This document shows, piece after piece, positions 38,113 to 48,902 of a DNA stretch of 64,000 bases. This stretch comes from Gammaproteobacteria bacterium TMED78 (GTDB lineage: Bacteria > Pseudomonadota > Gammaproteobacteria > Steroidobacterales > Rariloculaceae). The translations under genes were made by a program, and so were the position numbers. The DNA is taken from NCBI GenBank assembly GCA_002171615.1, contig NHEF01000021.1:38574-102573 (forward strand), written 5' to 3'. Position 1 is the stretch's first letter; each line of letters opens with the position of its first letter. Below the pieces are notes generated by a model, which had not been told where the DNA came from, did no database searches, and saw nothing but the letters and a program-made list of their open reading frames with translations.

Positions 38113-38987
38113 GAATAACTAGCCTTTGCTCTAAAACATATATTATCAATCAATCTTGTCTTTCCTAAATATGCAGCACACATTATCACTAACTCTTCTT
38201 TTGAGTTATTAGGTAACTTTAAATCTATGTAATTTCTTATGGTCAAATAATCTATCTTGAAGCCATCCTCCTCCAGACCTATTTTGGCATTAGAAATTAG
38301 AACATCATAGTTCTCTTCACCATTAATTATATCTTGTGAAATTTCTGATAATTTTTTATAGAGATTAGGAGCTACCCTTCTTTCATCAATCGTCAAATAT
38401 GAGTTTCTAGAGCTCATCGCTAAACCGTCTTGCTCTCTAACTATAGGATGCGAAATAATTTTAAGATGATCATAATGCATGTCTTGTAACATCTGGCTCA
38501 CTAGAATTTTTTGCTGAAGATCTTTATCACCCAAAATCATAGTATCAGGAGTTATTATATTTATAAGCCTGATTAAAACTGAAGCTACTCCACTAAAGTG
38601 ATTTGGTCTAAACTTTCCACAAAGATCTTTACTTAAGCTAGGAAGCTTTATTTGTGTTGATTCATCTATTCTATTAGGGTAAATCATATCTTTAGTTGGA
38701 AAAAAAATTAGATCTGCTATATCCTGAAGCTCTATTTTTTTTTTATCTTCTTTTAAAGTTCTAGGATAAGAATTTAAATCTTCTTCTTTCTCAAACTGGG
38801 TTGGATTTACAAAAATAGTACAAACAACTTTATCGCCATACTTAGAAGCAGTTTCAATTAGCTTCATATGACCATGATGCAAATTTCCCATAGTTGGAAC
38901 CAGAGCAATAGATTGATTATTTTTTTTCCAGATATCTCTTTGTTGAAGTAAATCAGCTTTATTTTGAATTTTAAAAATTTTAGACAT
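38109..38987 (-). CDS. panC: pantoate--beta-alanine ligase
   Basis: 292 aa; PTMGNLHHGHMKL HIGH-type motif and LAMSSRN motif; panB-panC synteny. Confidence 0.95.
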   Translation of the reverse strand: MSKIFKIQNKADLLQQRDIWKKNNQSIALVPTMGNLHHGHMKLIETASKYGDKVVCTIFVNPTQFEKEEDLNSYPRTLKEDKKKIELQDIADLIFFPTKDMIYPNRIDESTQIKLPSLSKDLCGKFRPNHFSGVASVLIRLINIITPDTMILGDKDLQQKILVSQMLQDMHYDHLKIISHPIVREQDGLAMSSRNSYLTIDERRVAPNLYKKLSEISQDIINGEENYDVLISNAKIGLEEDGFKIDYLTIRNYIDLKLPNNSKEELVIMCAAYLGKTRLIDNICFRAKASYS

Positions 38988-39020
38988 CTTCTCAATAAAT
39001 CAAAAGGAAAGAAATTATTC

Positions 39021-39851
39021 TCATGAAAAGCAATGCTCCGAAGCAGGGTAGGCTTTATTCTTTACTTCTTTTATATATCTTCTTAATGCATCTATAATTG
39101 AGTCTGAATCTTGCATAAAATTTTTAACAAACTTAGGCGTAGGTCCTAAAGTTATACCTAATAAATCATAAATTACTAAAATCTGACCATCAACACTTGG
39201 TCCAGCTCCAATACCTATAACAGGAACTCTTAATGACTTAGTTATAATTCTACCTGCTTCATTTGGTATACACTCCAGTAGCACTAAATCAGCCCCTACG
39301 TCTTGAAGAGCAGTAGCTTCTTCTACCATCTTATTAACCTTATTCTTGTCCCTACCTTGGACCTTAAACCCTCCTATTTTATGCACAGATTGTGGTTTAA
39401 GACCTAAGTGAGCACATACTGGAATATCATGCTTAGCTAAATATTCTACAATAGATAATTGATTATGTCCTCCCTCTAGCTTAACCATCATTGCACCCCC
39501 TTCCTGCATCAGTCTTACAGCATTATCAAGTGCCTGCTCAGGAGATGAATAACTCATAAAAGGAAGATCAGATACAAGAAATGATCTTTTTAACTGGGTT
39601 GAAACTATTTTAGTATGATAAACAACATGATCCACCGTAACAGGAACCGTTGTATCGTGGCCCTGAATAACCATACCTAATGAATCTCCAACTAAAACTA
39701 GATCAATACCAGCTCTATCTACTAATTTTGCAAAGCTAGCATCATAAGCAGTTATGCAAGCAATAGGCTCTCGATCACTTTTCATTTTTTGTAAAGTTGA
39801 TACATTAACTGGGGGGGATGTCATTCCTCTTTCTTCTAGCTGCTTATACAT
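39021..39851 (-). CDS. panB: 3-methyl-2-oxobutanoate hydroxymethyltransferase
   Basis: 276 aa; motifs LVGDSLGMV, VKLEGG and CAHLGLKPQS. Confidence 0.95.
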   Translation of the reverse strand: MYKQLEERGMTSPPVNVSTLQKMKSDREPIACITAYDASFAKLVDRAGIDLVLVGDSLGMVIQGHDTTVPVTVDHVVYHTKIVSTQLKRSFLVSDLPFMSYSSPEQALDNAVRLMQEGGAMMVKLEGGHNQLSIVEYLAKHDIPVCAHLGLKPQSVHKIGGFKVQGRDKNKVNKMVEEATALQDVGADLVLLECIPNEAGRIITKSLRVPVIGIGAGPSVDGQILVIYDLLGITLGPTPKFVKNFMQDSDSIIDALRRYIKEVKNKAYPASEHCFS

Positions 39852-39873
39852 AACCTTCTTAATAACCTATTAT

Positions 39874-40545
39874 TTAAACAATATTTTTAATCGTAGGATT
39901 GAAAAAATGTCTACCACTTCCCATACCTTTTATAGCGCCTAAGAGCTCTTGATAATCTGATTCTTTATGTATTGGATCAATGACTGCAGAATTTATAATT
40001 AGTAATGGAGATTTATTATACCCATAGAAAAACTTAGCATAAGCATCCCCAATTTTCTCTAAATACTTCTTTTCTATTTTTTTTTCATAAGGTACATCTC
40101 TTTCAGAAACTCTCCTTAGTAATACATCTGCTGGCGCTTGTAAATAAATGACTAAATCAGGAATTGGAATATCATAATCTAGCTTATCTCTTATTTTCTT
40201 GTAGAGTTCAAACTCATGATTATCAAGATTGAGTTCAGCAAATAAACTATCTTTCTCAAAAATAAAATCTGCTACCCTTCCAGGAGAAAACATATCACCC
40301 TGTTGAATTTTCTCTAGCTGTTTAGATCTTTGAAATAAAAAAAATAATTGTGTTGGCAAAGCGGCATTGTTAGCATCTTCATAAAATCTATCTAAGAAAG
40401 GATTCTCATCAGCTCTCTCAAGAATCAACTCGCTCTTAAAAGTTTCGGCAAGTCTCTTTGCTAACGTAGTCTTGCCAACGCCTATAGGACCCTCTATAGC
40501 AATATAACTTGCTTCAATTGATTTGTTTTTTCTTTCTTCGCTCAT
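39874..40545 (-). CDS. deoxynucleoside kinase family protein
   Basis: 223 aa; P-loop IEGPIGVGKTTLAKRL, ERxxxENPFL motif and the LYLQAPADVLLRRV lid region. Confidence 0.8.
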   Translation of the reverse strand: MSEERKNKSIEASYIAIEGPIGVGKTTLAKRLAETFKSELILERADENPFLDRFYEDANNAALPTQLFFLFQRSKQLEKIQQGDMFSPGRVADFIFEKDSLFAELNLDNHEFELYKKIRDKLDYDIPIPDLVIYLQAPADVLLRRVSERDVPYEKKIEKKYLEKIGDAYAKFFYGYNKSPLLIINSAVIDPIHKESDYQELLGAIKGMGSGRHFFNPTIKNIV

Positions 40546-40571
40546 ATAATCAAATTATAGTTATCTCTATA

Positions 40572-41705
40572 TTAAAAAAGATAGTCTAATACTTTATCTA
40601 TCTTAATCATTCTTGTTTTATCACTAGATCTACCTTTATATTCAACCATATCTTTATCTAGCTCTTTATCAGAAACTACAACTCGATGGGTAACACCAAT
40701 TAAATCAGCATCTACAAATTGTGCTCCTGGCCTAACGTCTCTATCATCAAATAAAACATCGTACCCACTTTGTATGAGGGTCTCATAAAGCTTTTCAGAA
40801 ATCTCTTTAACTCTAAATGATTTTTTCATATTAATTGGAATAATAACAATGTTAAACGGGGCAATTTTTTTTGGCCAGATAATTCCTTTACTGTCATTAT
40901 TCTGCTGAATAGAAGCAGCTACTAACCGTGTAACACCCATCCCATAGCATCCCATATACATTGGACAATCCTTACCTGTTTCATCTGTTACTGATGCTTT
41001 CATTGACTTAGAATACTTTGTTCCGAGCTGAAAAATATGGCCTACTTCTATTTCTCCTGAATCATCTATTATGTGAAACTCTTCTGAAAGGCTCCCGCCT
41101 ATAGCACCTGGATCCGCCTTCTCTATAGAAAACTTTAGATCTAGTCTTTCTAAGATCCTTACATAGGCATTCCTCATAATGTCATATGTTTCGAGTAATG
41201 ATTCTTCATTAAGATGAAAAGAATAAGCATCTTTCATAAGAAATTCTCTAGATCTCATTACTCCAAATCGTGGTCTTATTTCATCTCTAAACTTTGTTTG
41301 AATCTGATAATAAATCAAAGGTAATTGTTTGTAGCTACTAATCTCATTTCTTGCTATGTCAGTAATAACCTCTTCATGGGTAGGGCCTAGACAAAACTCT
41401 CGATCATGCCTATCATTAAATCTAGCAAGTTCTGACCCATAATCTCCCCACCTCCCTGATTCATGCCATAGCTCAGCTGGCTGGACCATGGGCATAAGAA
41501 TTTCATATGCACCTGAATGATTCATCTCTTCCCTTATAATTTTCTGTATATTTCTTAAAACTCTCATGCCAAGGGGAAGCCAAGTATACAAACCTGAAGC
41601 TAGTCTCCTAATTAAACCAGCTCTGAGCATTAATTGATGACTGATTATCTCAGCATCTTTTGGAACTTCCTTAAGTGTATGTAAAGGAAAATTAGTTAGT
41701 TTCAT
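40572..41705 (-). CDS. proS: prolyl-tRNA synthetase lacking the INS editing domain
   Basis: 377 aa. Class II motifs are present ([26 protein letters not shown]; [13 protein letters not shown]), as is the anticodon-binding domain. The segment [36 protein letters not shown] joins the points that flank the roughly 180-aa INS domain in E. coli ProRS (572 aa). Confidence 0.9.
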   Translation of the reverse strand: MKLTNFPLHTLKEVPKDAEIISHQLMLRAGLIRRLASGLYTWLPLGMRVLRNIQKIIREEMNHSGAYEILMPMVQPAELWHESGRWGDYGSELARFNDRHDREFCLGPTHEEVITDIARNEISSYKQLPLIYYQIQTKFRDEIRPRFGVMRSREFLMKDAYSFHLNEESLLETYDIMRNAYVRILERLDLKFSIEKADPGAIGGSLSEEFHIIDDSGEIEVGHIFQLGTKYSKSMKASVTDETGKDCPMYMGCYGMGVTRLVAASIQQNNDSKGIIWPKKIAPFNIVIIPINMKKSFRVKEISEKLYETLIQSGYDVLFDDRDVRPGAQFVDADLIGVTHRVVVSDKELDKDMVEYKGRSSDKTRMIKIDKVLDYLF

Positions 41706-41816
41706 AATAGTTTTAATATTGTTTTTTAAGAAAATATTACTTCATTTAATAATAAAGGAGGACTATAGTTATTATCAAACATGATTAGAGTAATTGTCCA
41801 ATAATGGAATAAACAT

Positions 41817-42470
41817 ATGAGTGATCTTAGAAGTCAATACCTCTCCATGATAGGTATAACCAAGTGGAAATTAAACACCAAGCCAAATCCTAAAGAATTG
41901 ATAAAAGAGGATAAATCTAATGATTGGGAAGGGCTCAATGAAATAGTAAGAAAATGCGCTAAATGTAGCTTACACAAATCACGAACTCAGGTTGTTTTTG
42001 GCTCTGGAAATAAAAATGCCGAACTATTAATCATTGGTGAAGCCCCAGGATCAGAAGAAGATAAACAAGGCAAACCATTTGTAGGACGATCAGGAAAGCT
42101 TTTAGATTCTATGCTTAAGTCTATCAATATCATTAGAGATGAAATCTTTATTACTAATATCTTAAAATGTAGGCCTCCGGATAATAGAGATCCAAAAGAG
42201 AAAGAGATTAATAGCTGTAGATCATTTTTAATAAATCAAATAGAAATGATAAACCCAAAAATAATTCTCTCCCTTGGAAGAGTTGCATCACAAATTTTAC
42301 TTGATTCTGAAGATGCTATAGGAAAAATAAGAGGAGGTGAAATTTTTTCCGATGTAATAAAAAAACCTATTGTAGCAAGTTATCATCCAGCATATTTACT
42401 TAGAAACCCTACAGCTAAAGAAAAGTCCTGGCAAGATTTAAAGATAATAAAAAAAATTTTAAACACCTAG
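41817..42470 (+). CDS. uracil-DNA glycosylase, family 4
   Basis: 217 aa; [16 protein letters not shown] and HPAYLLRNP motifs typical of family-4 UDG. Confidence 0.85.
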   Translation: MSDLRSQYLSMIGITKWKLNTKPNPKELIKEDKSNDWEGLNEIVRKCAKCSLHKSRTQVVFGSGNKNAELLIIGEAPGSEEDKQGKPFVGRSGKLLDSMLKSINIIRDEIFITNILKCRPPDNRDPKEKEINSCRSFLINQIEMINPKIILSLGRVASQILLDSEDAIGKIRGGEIFSDVIKKPIVASYHPAYLLRNPTAKEKSWQDLKIIKKILNT

Positions 42471-42474
42471 AATA

Positions 42475-42936
42475 ATGGCTGCTTCTATAAAACCAAAAAC
42501 ACAAATACGTCTAATGCAATATGATGACATCGAAGAAATTTCACTAATAGATAAAGATAGCTATATATATCCTTGGTCTAAAGGAATATTTAGAGACTGC
42601 TTATTAGCTGATTACTATAATCAGGTTATTGAAATAGAGAAAACTATAGTTGGTTATAGTGTTATGACAATAAATACTGAAGGTGCACATATACTAAATC
42701 TATGTATAGAAAAAAATCATAGAGGTAATGGATTAGCACGAAGATTAATCTACTCTATGATATTTCATACACAAATAAATAATAAAAATAAAATTATGTT
42801 GGAAGTTAGAGTATCTAATATCAAGGCAATTTCTCTTTATAAGTCTCTAGGTTTCTATTCCGTTGGCATCAGGCAAAAATACTATAGAGGAATAAGCGAA
42901 AGAGAGGATGCCCTCCTACTAAATAAAAAGATATAA
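42475..42936 (+). CDS. rimI: GNAT acetyltransferase, ribosomal-protein-alanine acetyltransferase-like
   Basis: 153 aa; GNAT motif A (HRGNGLARRLI). The size and N-terminal pattern (PWSKGIFRDCL) resemble RimI. Confidence 0.75.
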   Translation: MAASIKPKTQIRLMQYDDIEEISLIDKDSYIYPWSKGIFRDCLLADYYNQVIEIEKTIVGYSVMTINTEGAHILNLCIEKNHRGNGLARRLIYSMIFHTQINNKNKIMLEVRVSNIKAISLYKSLGFYSVGIRQKYYRGISEREDALLLNKKI

Positions 42937-42946
42937 TAGCTATATA

Positions 42947-45697
42947 TTAGCTGATCTTATTAAGCTGATAATTAAGCTTATCTAAATCACTTTTAAGATT
43001 TTTTGCTATATCTTTCTCTTTTTTGACAACTTCTACTGGTGCATTTTTAAGAAAACTTTCATTTCGTAATTTGATCTCTCTTTTAGAAATTTCTTCGCCT
43101 AATTTCTTTATCTTCCTTTCAATTCTCAGTTTTTCCTCTTTAATATCAATTAGACCATCCATGGGTATAGAAATTTTTATACTTCCAAAAATACCTGTAA
43201 ATGCATTATCTATTAACTCATGATCATTATTTAGAATTTCTATATTGGCTAACCTACCTAAGCTTTTGATAACTATTATATTATGTTCAATAATACTCTT
43301 ATCTTCATTAGTGCAACCTAATAGCTGAATTGACAATAGCTTTCTTGGAGCGATATTCATCTCGCCTCTTATATTTCTTATCACTATAACAAATGACTTA
43401 ATCCATTCAATTATAACTTCAGATTCTTTATCAATTTTTCTTTTGTCATATTCTGGAATACTCTCAAGCATGATTGAATCTGACTTAACTCCTCTTTTAT
43501 TCACTATCTCAATCCATATCTCTTCTGTAATGAAAGGCATAATGGGATGAACTAGCTTCAGAATACCCTCTAATACCTCATACAAAGTCTTTGAAGAACC
43601 CTCGTTATAATCTTTATTTAGCTTCTGGTCTGAAAATACTATTTTTGTAAATTCAATGTACCAATCGCAGAATTCATGCCAAACAAACTCATAAATTAAT
43701 TTTGCAGCAAGATCGATACGATATTTTCTTAAATTTTCATGATAAGAATTTACTACTCTATTGAATCTAGAAAGCATCCATTTATCAGCTATAGAGTATT
43801 CTGCATCCTGGCTATAATCTAATGGATCATGTCTTAAAACATAATGAGAGGCATTCCAAATTTTATTACAAAAATTTCTATAGCCCTCTACTCTCTTAAG
43901 ATCTAGACTTACATTTCTACCAGTTGTAGCTAAACTAGCGAGAGTCATCCTAAGGGCATCTGCACCATAAGCATTTATACCTTCTGGAAATTCTTTTATC
44001 GTCTGCTGCTTTATTTTTTCTTTCATTTTAGGCTGCATAAGACCCTCTGTTCTTTTCTTGATAAGCCCATTTAAATCTACACCTTCAATAATATCTATTG
44101 GATCAAGGACATTACCCTTGCTTTTAGACATTTTATTACCCTCATGATCTCTAATTAATCCATGAATATAAATGTCTTTAAAAGGAATAGAGTCCATAAA
44201 CTTTAAACCCATCATTATCATTCTTGCGACCCAGAAAAAAATAATATCAAAACCAGTAACTAAAAGAGTAGTAGGATAGAAAAGCTGTAAGTTTTTATTT
44301 TTATTTGGCCAGCCTAATGTTGAAAAAGGCCACAACGCAGATGAAAACCAAGTATCTAAAACATCTTCATCTTGCTTTAAAATAGTATCCTTACTTAAGC
44401 CATTTTTTAGCCTGGCTTCATCTTCATCTCTAGCAACATAGATATTACCATTATCATCATACCACGCTGGAATTCTATGGCCCCACCAGAGCTGTCTCGA
44501 TATACACCAGTCTTCAATATTTTTCATCCATTCAAAATATGTTTTTTCCCAATTATTAGGATGAAAACGGATATCTCCAGACTCTACCGCCTCTATGGCT
44601 GGAACTGCTAATGGTTTAATTTTTACAAACCATTGATTGGTCATAAAAGGCTCAACAATCTGCCCACTTCTATCACCTCTTGGAATTTTAGTTACGTACC
44701 TCTCTTCTTTATCAAGCAAGTCAATATTAGTTAGATCGCTTATAACAATATCTCTAGCTTTAGCTCTATCTAAATTACGATATTTTTTAGGTACATTTTG
44801 ATTTAGCTTTATATTTTTATCATAGATATTAATTATTGATAAATTATGCTTCTTTCCAATAGCGTAATCATTGAAATCATGGCCAGGAGTTATTTTTACA
44901 CATCCACTAGCAAAATCTTTATCAACGTATTCATCTGCAATAATTGGAATTAATCTTCCAACTAGAGGTAATTTAATTGAACAACCAATAAAATCTTTAT
45001 AGCGCTCATCATCAGGGTTAACTGCTACAGCAACATCTCCAAACATAGTTTCAGGTCTAGTAGTAGCAACAACTAAATACTTATTTTTACCGTGAATAGG
45101 GTATCTCAGGTACCAAAGAGAAGTCTCTTCATCATTAGAAATAACTTCCAAATCTGAAAGTGCAGTTTTTAAATCAGGATCCCAATTAACTAGCCTTTTC
45201 CCTCTATATATTAATTTTTCCTCAAATAATCTAACAAAAACCTCATTAACAGCCAAAGAAAGATCCTTATCCATAGTGAACTTTTCTTTGGACCAATCAA
45301 GCGAACATCCTAATCGTCTTAACTGCTTACCAATTATGTTTCCTGATCTATCCTTCCAATCCCAAACCCTTTCAATAAACTTATCTCTACCAAGCTCATG
45401 CTTAGTTATACCCTCCTCATTTAATAATCTTTCAACCACCATTTGTGTTGCTATACCAGCATGATCCATTCCTGGCTGCCAAAGAACGTTTTTACCAAGC
45501 ATTCTTTGATACCTAATTAAAGTATCCATTATAGTATCTTCAAAAGCATGTCCAATATGAAGTGTGCCAGTAACATTAGGAGGCGGTATCACAATAGAAA
45601 AAGAATCATCGCCATTACCAGAAGCAAAGAAACCAGACTCTTCCCAAAAATTATAATGGCTTAGCTCTATTTCGAGGGGATTATAAATTTTATTCAT
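42947..45697 (-). CDS. valS: valyl-tRNA synthetase
   Basis: 916 aa; HIGH motif (PPPNVTGTLHIGH), KMSKS motif, C-terminal coiled coil; valS-holC-pepA synteny. Confidence 0.97.
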   Translation of the reverse strand: MNKIYNPLEIELSHYNFWEESGFFASGNGDDSFSIVIPPPNVTGTLHIGHAFEDTIMDTLIRYQRMLGKNVLWQPGMDHAGIATQMVVERLLNEEGITKHELGRDKFIERVWDWKDRSGNIIGKQLRRLGCSLDWSKEKFTMDKDLSLAVNEVFVRLFEEKLIYRGKRLVNWDPDLKTALSDLEVISNDEETSLWYLRYPIHGKNKYLVVATTRPETMFGDVAVAVNPDDERYKDFIGCSIKLPLVGRLIPIIADEYVDKDFASGCVKITPGHDFNDYAIGKKHNLSIINIYDKNIKLNQNVPKKYRNLDRAKARDIVISDLTNIDLLDKEERYVTKIPRGDRSGQIVEPFMTNQWFVKIKPLAVPAIEAVESGDIRFHPNNWEKTYFEWMKNIEDWCISRQLWWGHRIPAWYDDNGNIYVARDEDEARLKNGLSKDTILKQDEDVLDTWFSSALWPFSTLGWPNKNKNLQLFYPTTLLVTGFDIIFFWVARMIMMGLKFMDSIPFKDIYIHGLIRDHEGNKMSKSKGNVLDPIDIIEGVDLNGLIKKRTEGLMQPKMKEKIKQQTIKEFPEGINAYGADALRMTLASLATTGRNVSLDLKRVEGYRNFCNKIWNASHYVLRHDPLDYSQDAEYSIADKWMLSRFNRVVNSYHENLRKYRIDLAAKLIYEFVWHEFCDWYIEFTKIVFSDQKLNKDYNEGSSKTLYEVLEGILKLVHPIMPFITEEIWIEIVNKRGVKSDSIMLESIPEYDKRKIDKESEVIIEWIKSFVIVIRNIRGEMNIAPRKLLSIQLLGCTNEDKSIIEHNIIVIKSLGRLANIEILNNDHELIDNAFTGIFGSIKISIPMDGLIDIKEEKLRIERKIKKLGEEISKREIKLRNESFLKNAPVEVVKKEKDIAKNLKSDLDKLNYQLNKIS

Positions 45698-45704
45698 CTT
45701 CTTT

Positions 45705-46166
45705 CTAACTTATCTTATGAGTATTAATCTCATATCCTTCTTTTTTATAAAAAGCAAATTTTTTCCTTCCTATATCCTTCATTCTATTTGAATTATCAAT
45801 AACTTCTATCAGTCTATCTACGCTATTAAAAAAACTTGGAGTTTCTAGTGCTAAATTGATAATCAGATCAAATTTGATTTTTTTTGACAGAATGAAATCT
45901 TCTAAACAGTCAACACTAGCATTACTAAGAAAAATCCTTTCTTCATGCTTATCTTGATTAGGTGAATCAATATATACATGAGGTAGAAAGCTATTCTGAG
46001 AAAAAGTCCAAAGCAGTTTATCTAATTGTTGAGAAATATATTCATCACTAGAATATATAAAAACTACCATATCTCTATTAAAAGCCTTATCTACAATTTT
46101 GCAAACAAACCTCAACCAGCTATCTTCTGATTCACTTTGTAAAATATAAAAATCGATTTGGGTCAA
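45705..46166 (-). CDS. holC: DNA polymerase III chi subunit
   Basis: 153 aa; N-terminus IDFYILQSE... and LDKLLWTF...FLPH are typical of HolC; located between pepA and valS. Confidence 0.8.
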   Translation of the reverse strand: MTQIDFYILQSESEDSWLRFVCKIVDKAFNRDMVVFIYSSDEYISQQLDKLLWTFSQNSFLPHVYIDSPNQDKHEERIFLSNASVDCLEDFILSKKIKFDLIINLALETPSFFNSVDRLIEVIDNSNRMKDIGRKKFAFYKKEGYEINTHKIS

Positions 46167-46174
46167 TTTTGTTC

Positions 46175-47662
46175 CTATGAATTTAATAAAAAATCAACTA
46201 AAAGTTGAACTGGCCTCCCGGTTGATCCTTTATTATCATTACTTAACCAAGCTGAACCCGCTATATCTAAATGTGCCCATGAAATATCTTCAGCAAACTG
46301 CTGAAGATAAGCTGCCGCTACACTTGCACCCGCTTCTCTTCCACCAATATTAGCAAAATCAGCAAAATTACTTTTTAGTGCTTTTTTATGAACATCATGA
46401 ACTGGTAATTGCCATGCAAAATCGTATGATCTTTCTCCAGCATCTAATAAATTTTTAGCTAAATTCTTATCATTACTAAATAGACCGCTATAGTATTTAC
46501 CAAGAGCCATAAGACAGGCACCTGTTAGGGTTGCAACATCAATCAATGATTTTGGCTTATATCTAAGCCCATATGTGATGGCATCACATAAAATTAGCCT
46601 TCCCTCTGCATCAGTATTTAAAATCTCAACAGTTTTTCCGGACATAGTTTTTATGATATCTCCAGGACGAGTAGCTGATGATCCAGGCATATTCTCACAT
46701 GCTGGAATTAAGGCAACAAGATTTATTGGAAGCTGTAATTCTCCAACTGCTGTCATGGCTCCCATAACACTAGCCGCTCCACACATATCAAACTTCATCT
46801 CATCCATAGATCCTGGAGGCTTCAACGAGATACCACCAGTATCGAAGGTAATTCCTTTGCCGCATAAAACAATAGGTCTTTCAGACTGTCTAGCGCCCGA
46901 ATACTCAATTATAATAAATTTTGGAGGCTCTGCCGCTCCTTGTGTAACTGAAAGGAAAGCGCCCATTCCTAGTTTCTTCATTTCTATTTTTGATAAAATT
47001 TTTACCTTAGTATTTTTATATTTTTTTTCTATTTTTTTAGCCTCTTTAGATAAATGACTAGGAGTACAAATATTTGGAGGGCGATTTCCAAGATCCTTAG
47101 CTAGATTCATTCCATTACTAATTGCTATACCATCTTTAATCCCTTTCTTTGCTTCTTTACTATTGCTAGATTTTGGTAGGCCGATATAAAGTTTAGTGAA
47201 TTTACATATTAAGCTCTTTTTACTTTTAAGCTCATCAAACTTATAAAGCTTAGAAAAAACTGCCTCAACACTGAACCTTGAGGCATAGTATGAAGATAAT
47301 GATTTTTCGAGATAGAAACTGAGGTAGCTAGAAGCATTTCTAATATTTGTATCTGTAATCACTTGGACAGCAGCAGATAAGGCTTTTTGTAAAACAGTAG
47401 GGCTAAAATTATCTTTTTTGCCGCAACCAACAAAAAGTAGGCTATCTGCATTTATCCCATCAATATCTGATAGCATAAAAGTTTTGCCCTCTTCAGATGA
47501 TAAATGACTCTTATTAAGATGATTACTTATAATGCCATTACTAGCCTTATCCAACTTAAGTAAAGGGCCGTTTAATTTGCTATCTGAGAAGATAGGCAAA
47601 ATTATACATGATACTTTTTGTTTAGAAATATCGTTGTCACCTAACTTTACACTGAAATTCAT
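46175..47662 (-). CDS. pepA: leucyl aminopeptidase (M17)
   Basis: 495 aa; M17 signature NTDAEGRLILCDA and metal-site region GKGITFDTGGISLKP. Confidence 0.95.
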   Translation of the reverse strand: MNFSVKLGDNDISKQKVSCIILPIFSDSKLNGPLLKLDKASNGIISNHLNKSHLSSEEGKTFMLSDIDGINADSLLFVGCGKKDNFSPTVLQKALSAAVQVITDTNIRNASSYLSFYLEKSLSSYYASRFSVEAVFSKLYKFDELKSKKSLICKFTKLYIGLPKSSNSKEAKKGIKDGIAISNGMNLAKDLGNRPPNICTPSHLSKEAKKIEKKYKNTKVKILSKIEMKKLGMGAFLSVTQGAAEPPKFIIIEYSGARQSERPIVLCGKGITFDTGGISLKPPGSMDEMKFDMCGAASVMGAMTAVGELQLPINLVALIPACENMPGSSATRPGDIIKTMSGKTVEILNTDAEGRLILCDAITYGLRYKPKSLIDVATLTGACLMALGKYYSGLFSNDKNLAKNLLDAGERSYDFAWQLPVHDVHKKALKSNFADFANIGGREAGASVAAAYLQQFAEDISWAHLDIAGSAWLSNDNKGSTGRPVQLLVDFLLNS

Positions 47663-47807
47663 CTATATCTCCTTGATATATTATAGTTTTTATTTTTTGG
47701 GTTTATAATAAGGTATAATTCTACCAGTTTATGCTATGTTTGTTTTCAAAACTTTCTGATTGCTTGTCTTGATCTACAAAGTCTTGATTATCTTATAAAT
47801 TAAAATT

Positions 47808-48902
47808 ATGAAAATAATTAGTAAATACATCTTTAAAGAAATATTACTCACTTGGTCAATAGTCATGATTACTCTCTTCGTCATACTTATGAGTAGCCAA
47901 TTCGCAGAAATTCTTAATCAAGCCGCAACTGGAAAGATACCCAGAGACTTTATATTAAATACTCTAATACTCACTTCTGTTCAGTATATGAATATTATTA
48001 TTCCATTTGGTCTTTTCATAGGAGTTATGCTTACTCTAGCTAAATTAAACCAAAATTCAGAAATAGTTGCCTTAAAGGCATGTGCTATAGGCCCTTCTCA
48101 ATTACTAATTCCAATAATGTTTTTATCTATAATGCTTTCTATCTTAGTATCTTGGTTATCACTTCATGTTAGTCCGAATGCATTAAATGAAATTGAAAAA
48201 ATAAAAATGGATGCAGGAAATGAAATAAGAACAGGAATGCCAGAAGCAGGAAAATTTATTCCCTTTAATAATAATCAAGCAATATTATTTGTTAAAGAAA
48301 TTGAAGGTACAGAATTTAAGGATATTTTTATTCAGCAAGATTATAACGATAGACAGACCATTATTTTAGCAGAAAAAGGAAAAAAAATATCAGCCTCTGA
48401 AACAGGGGAAATTATTTTTAGCCTTGAAAACGGGAGACGCTATGATGGCAAAGCTGGAGATAAAAAATTTCAGATTATTGATTTCAAACAACATAATATC
48501 CCTATTTTTTCAAATTCTACATCTAATATTAGCTTATCATCAAAAAATAAAACCACTATACAGCTTCTATTATCTAATAATATACAGGATCAAGCTGAGC
48601 TTCAGTGGAGATTATCTGCTCCTATCTCGATATTTCTACTATCATTGTTAGCATTATCATTGATTTCGACTAAACCTAGGCAAGGATATTATTCACAACT
48701 TGGGATAGGGATATTGATTTATATGATTTATATTAATTGCTTAACCCTAGGAAAAGCATGGATAGAAAGAGAAATTTTACTATCATGGGTTGGCTTATGG
48801 GTGATTCATCTAATTGTTGCTTCACTTGCTTTATTCCTTTTTGCTCAGCAATCAGGGTTCAATATATATAATTTTAAAAGAAAAGATGTCTATAATAGAT
48901 AA
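47808..48902 (+). CDS. lptF: LPS export ABC permease LptF
   Basis: 364 aa; YjgP/YjgQ permease topology; divergent from pepA and followed by lptG, the conserved arrangement. Confidence 0.88.
   Translation: MKIISKYIFKEILLTWSIVMITLFVILMSSQFAEILNQAATGKIPRDFILNTLILTSVQYMNIIIPFGLFIGVMLTLAKLNQNSEIVALKACAIGPSQLLIPIMFLSIMLSILVSWLSLHVSPNALNEIEKIKMDAGNEIRTGMPEAGKFIPFNNNQAILFVKEIEGTEFKDIFIQQDYNDRQTIILAEKGKKISASETGEIIFSLENGRRYDGKAGDKKFQIIDFKQHNIPIFSNSTSNISLSSKNKTTIQLLLSNNIQDQAELQWRLSAPISIFLLSLLALSLISTKPRQGYYSQLGIGILIYMIYINCLTLGKAWIEREILLSWVGLWVIHLIVASLALFLFAQQSGFNIYNFKRKDVYNR

Noticed and set aside
46575-47057. 160-aa plus-strand ORF
   Set aside because: It is antisense to the conserved catalytic region of pepA and no family is recognisable. 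It is a shadow ORF.
48814-48885. 5' extension of lptG given in the ORF track (start at 48814)
   Set aside because: The extension would overlap lptF by 89 nt and adds a non-conserved peptide. The ATG at 48886 gives the typical MSIIDKYI... N-terminus.
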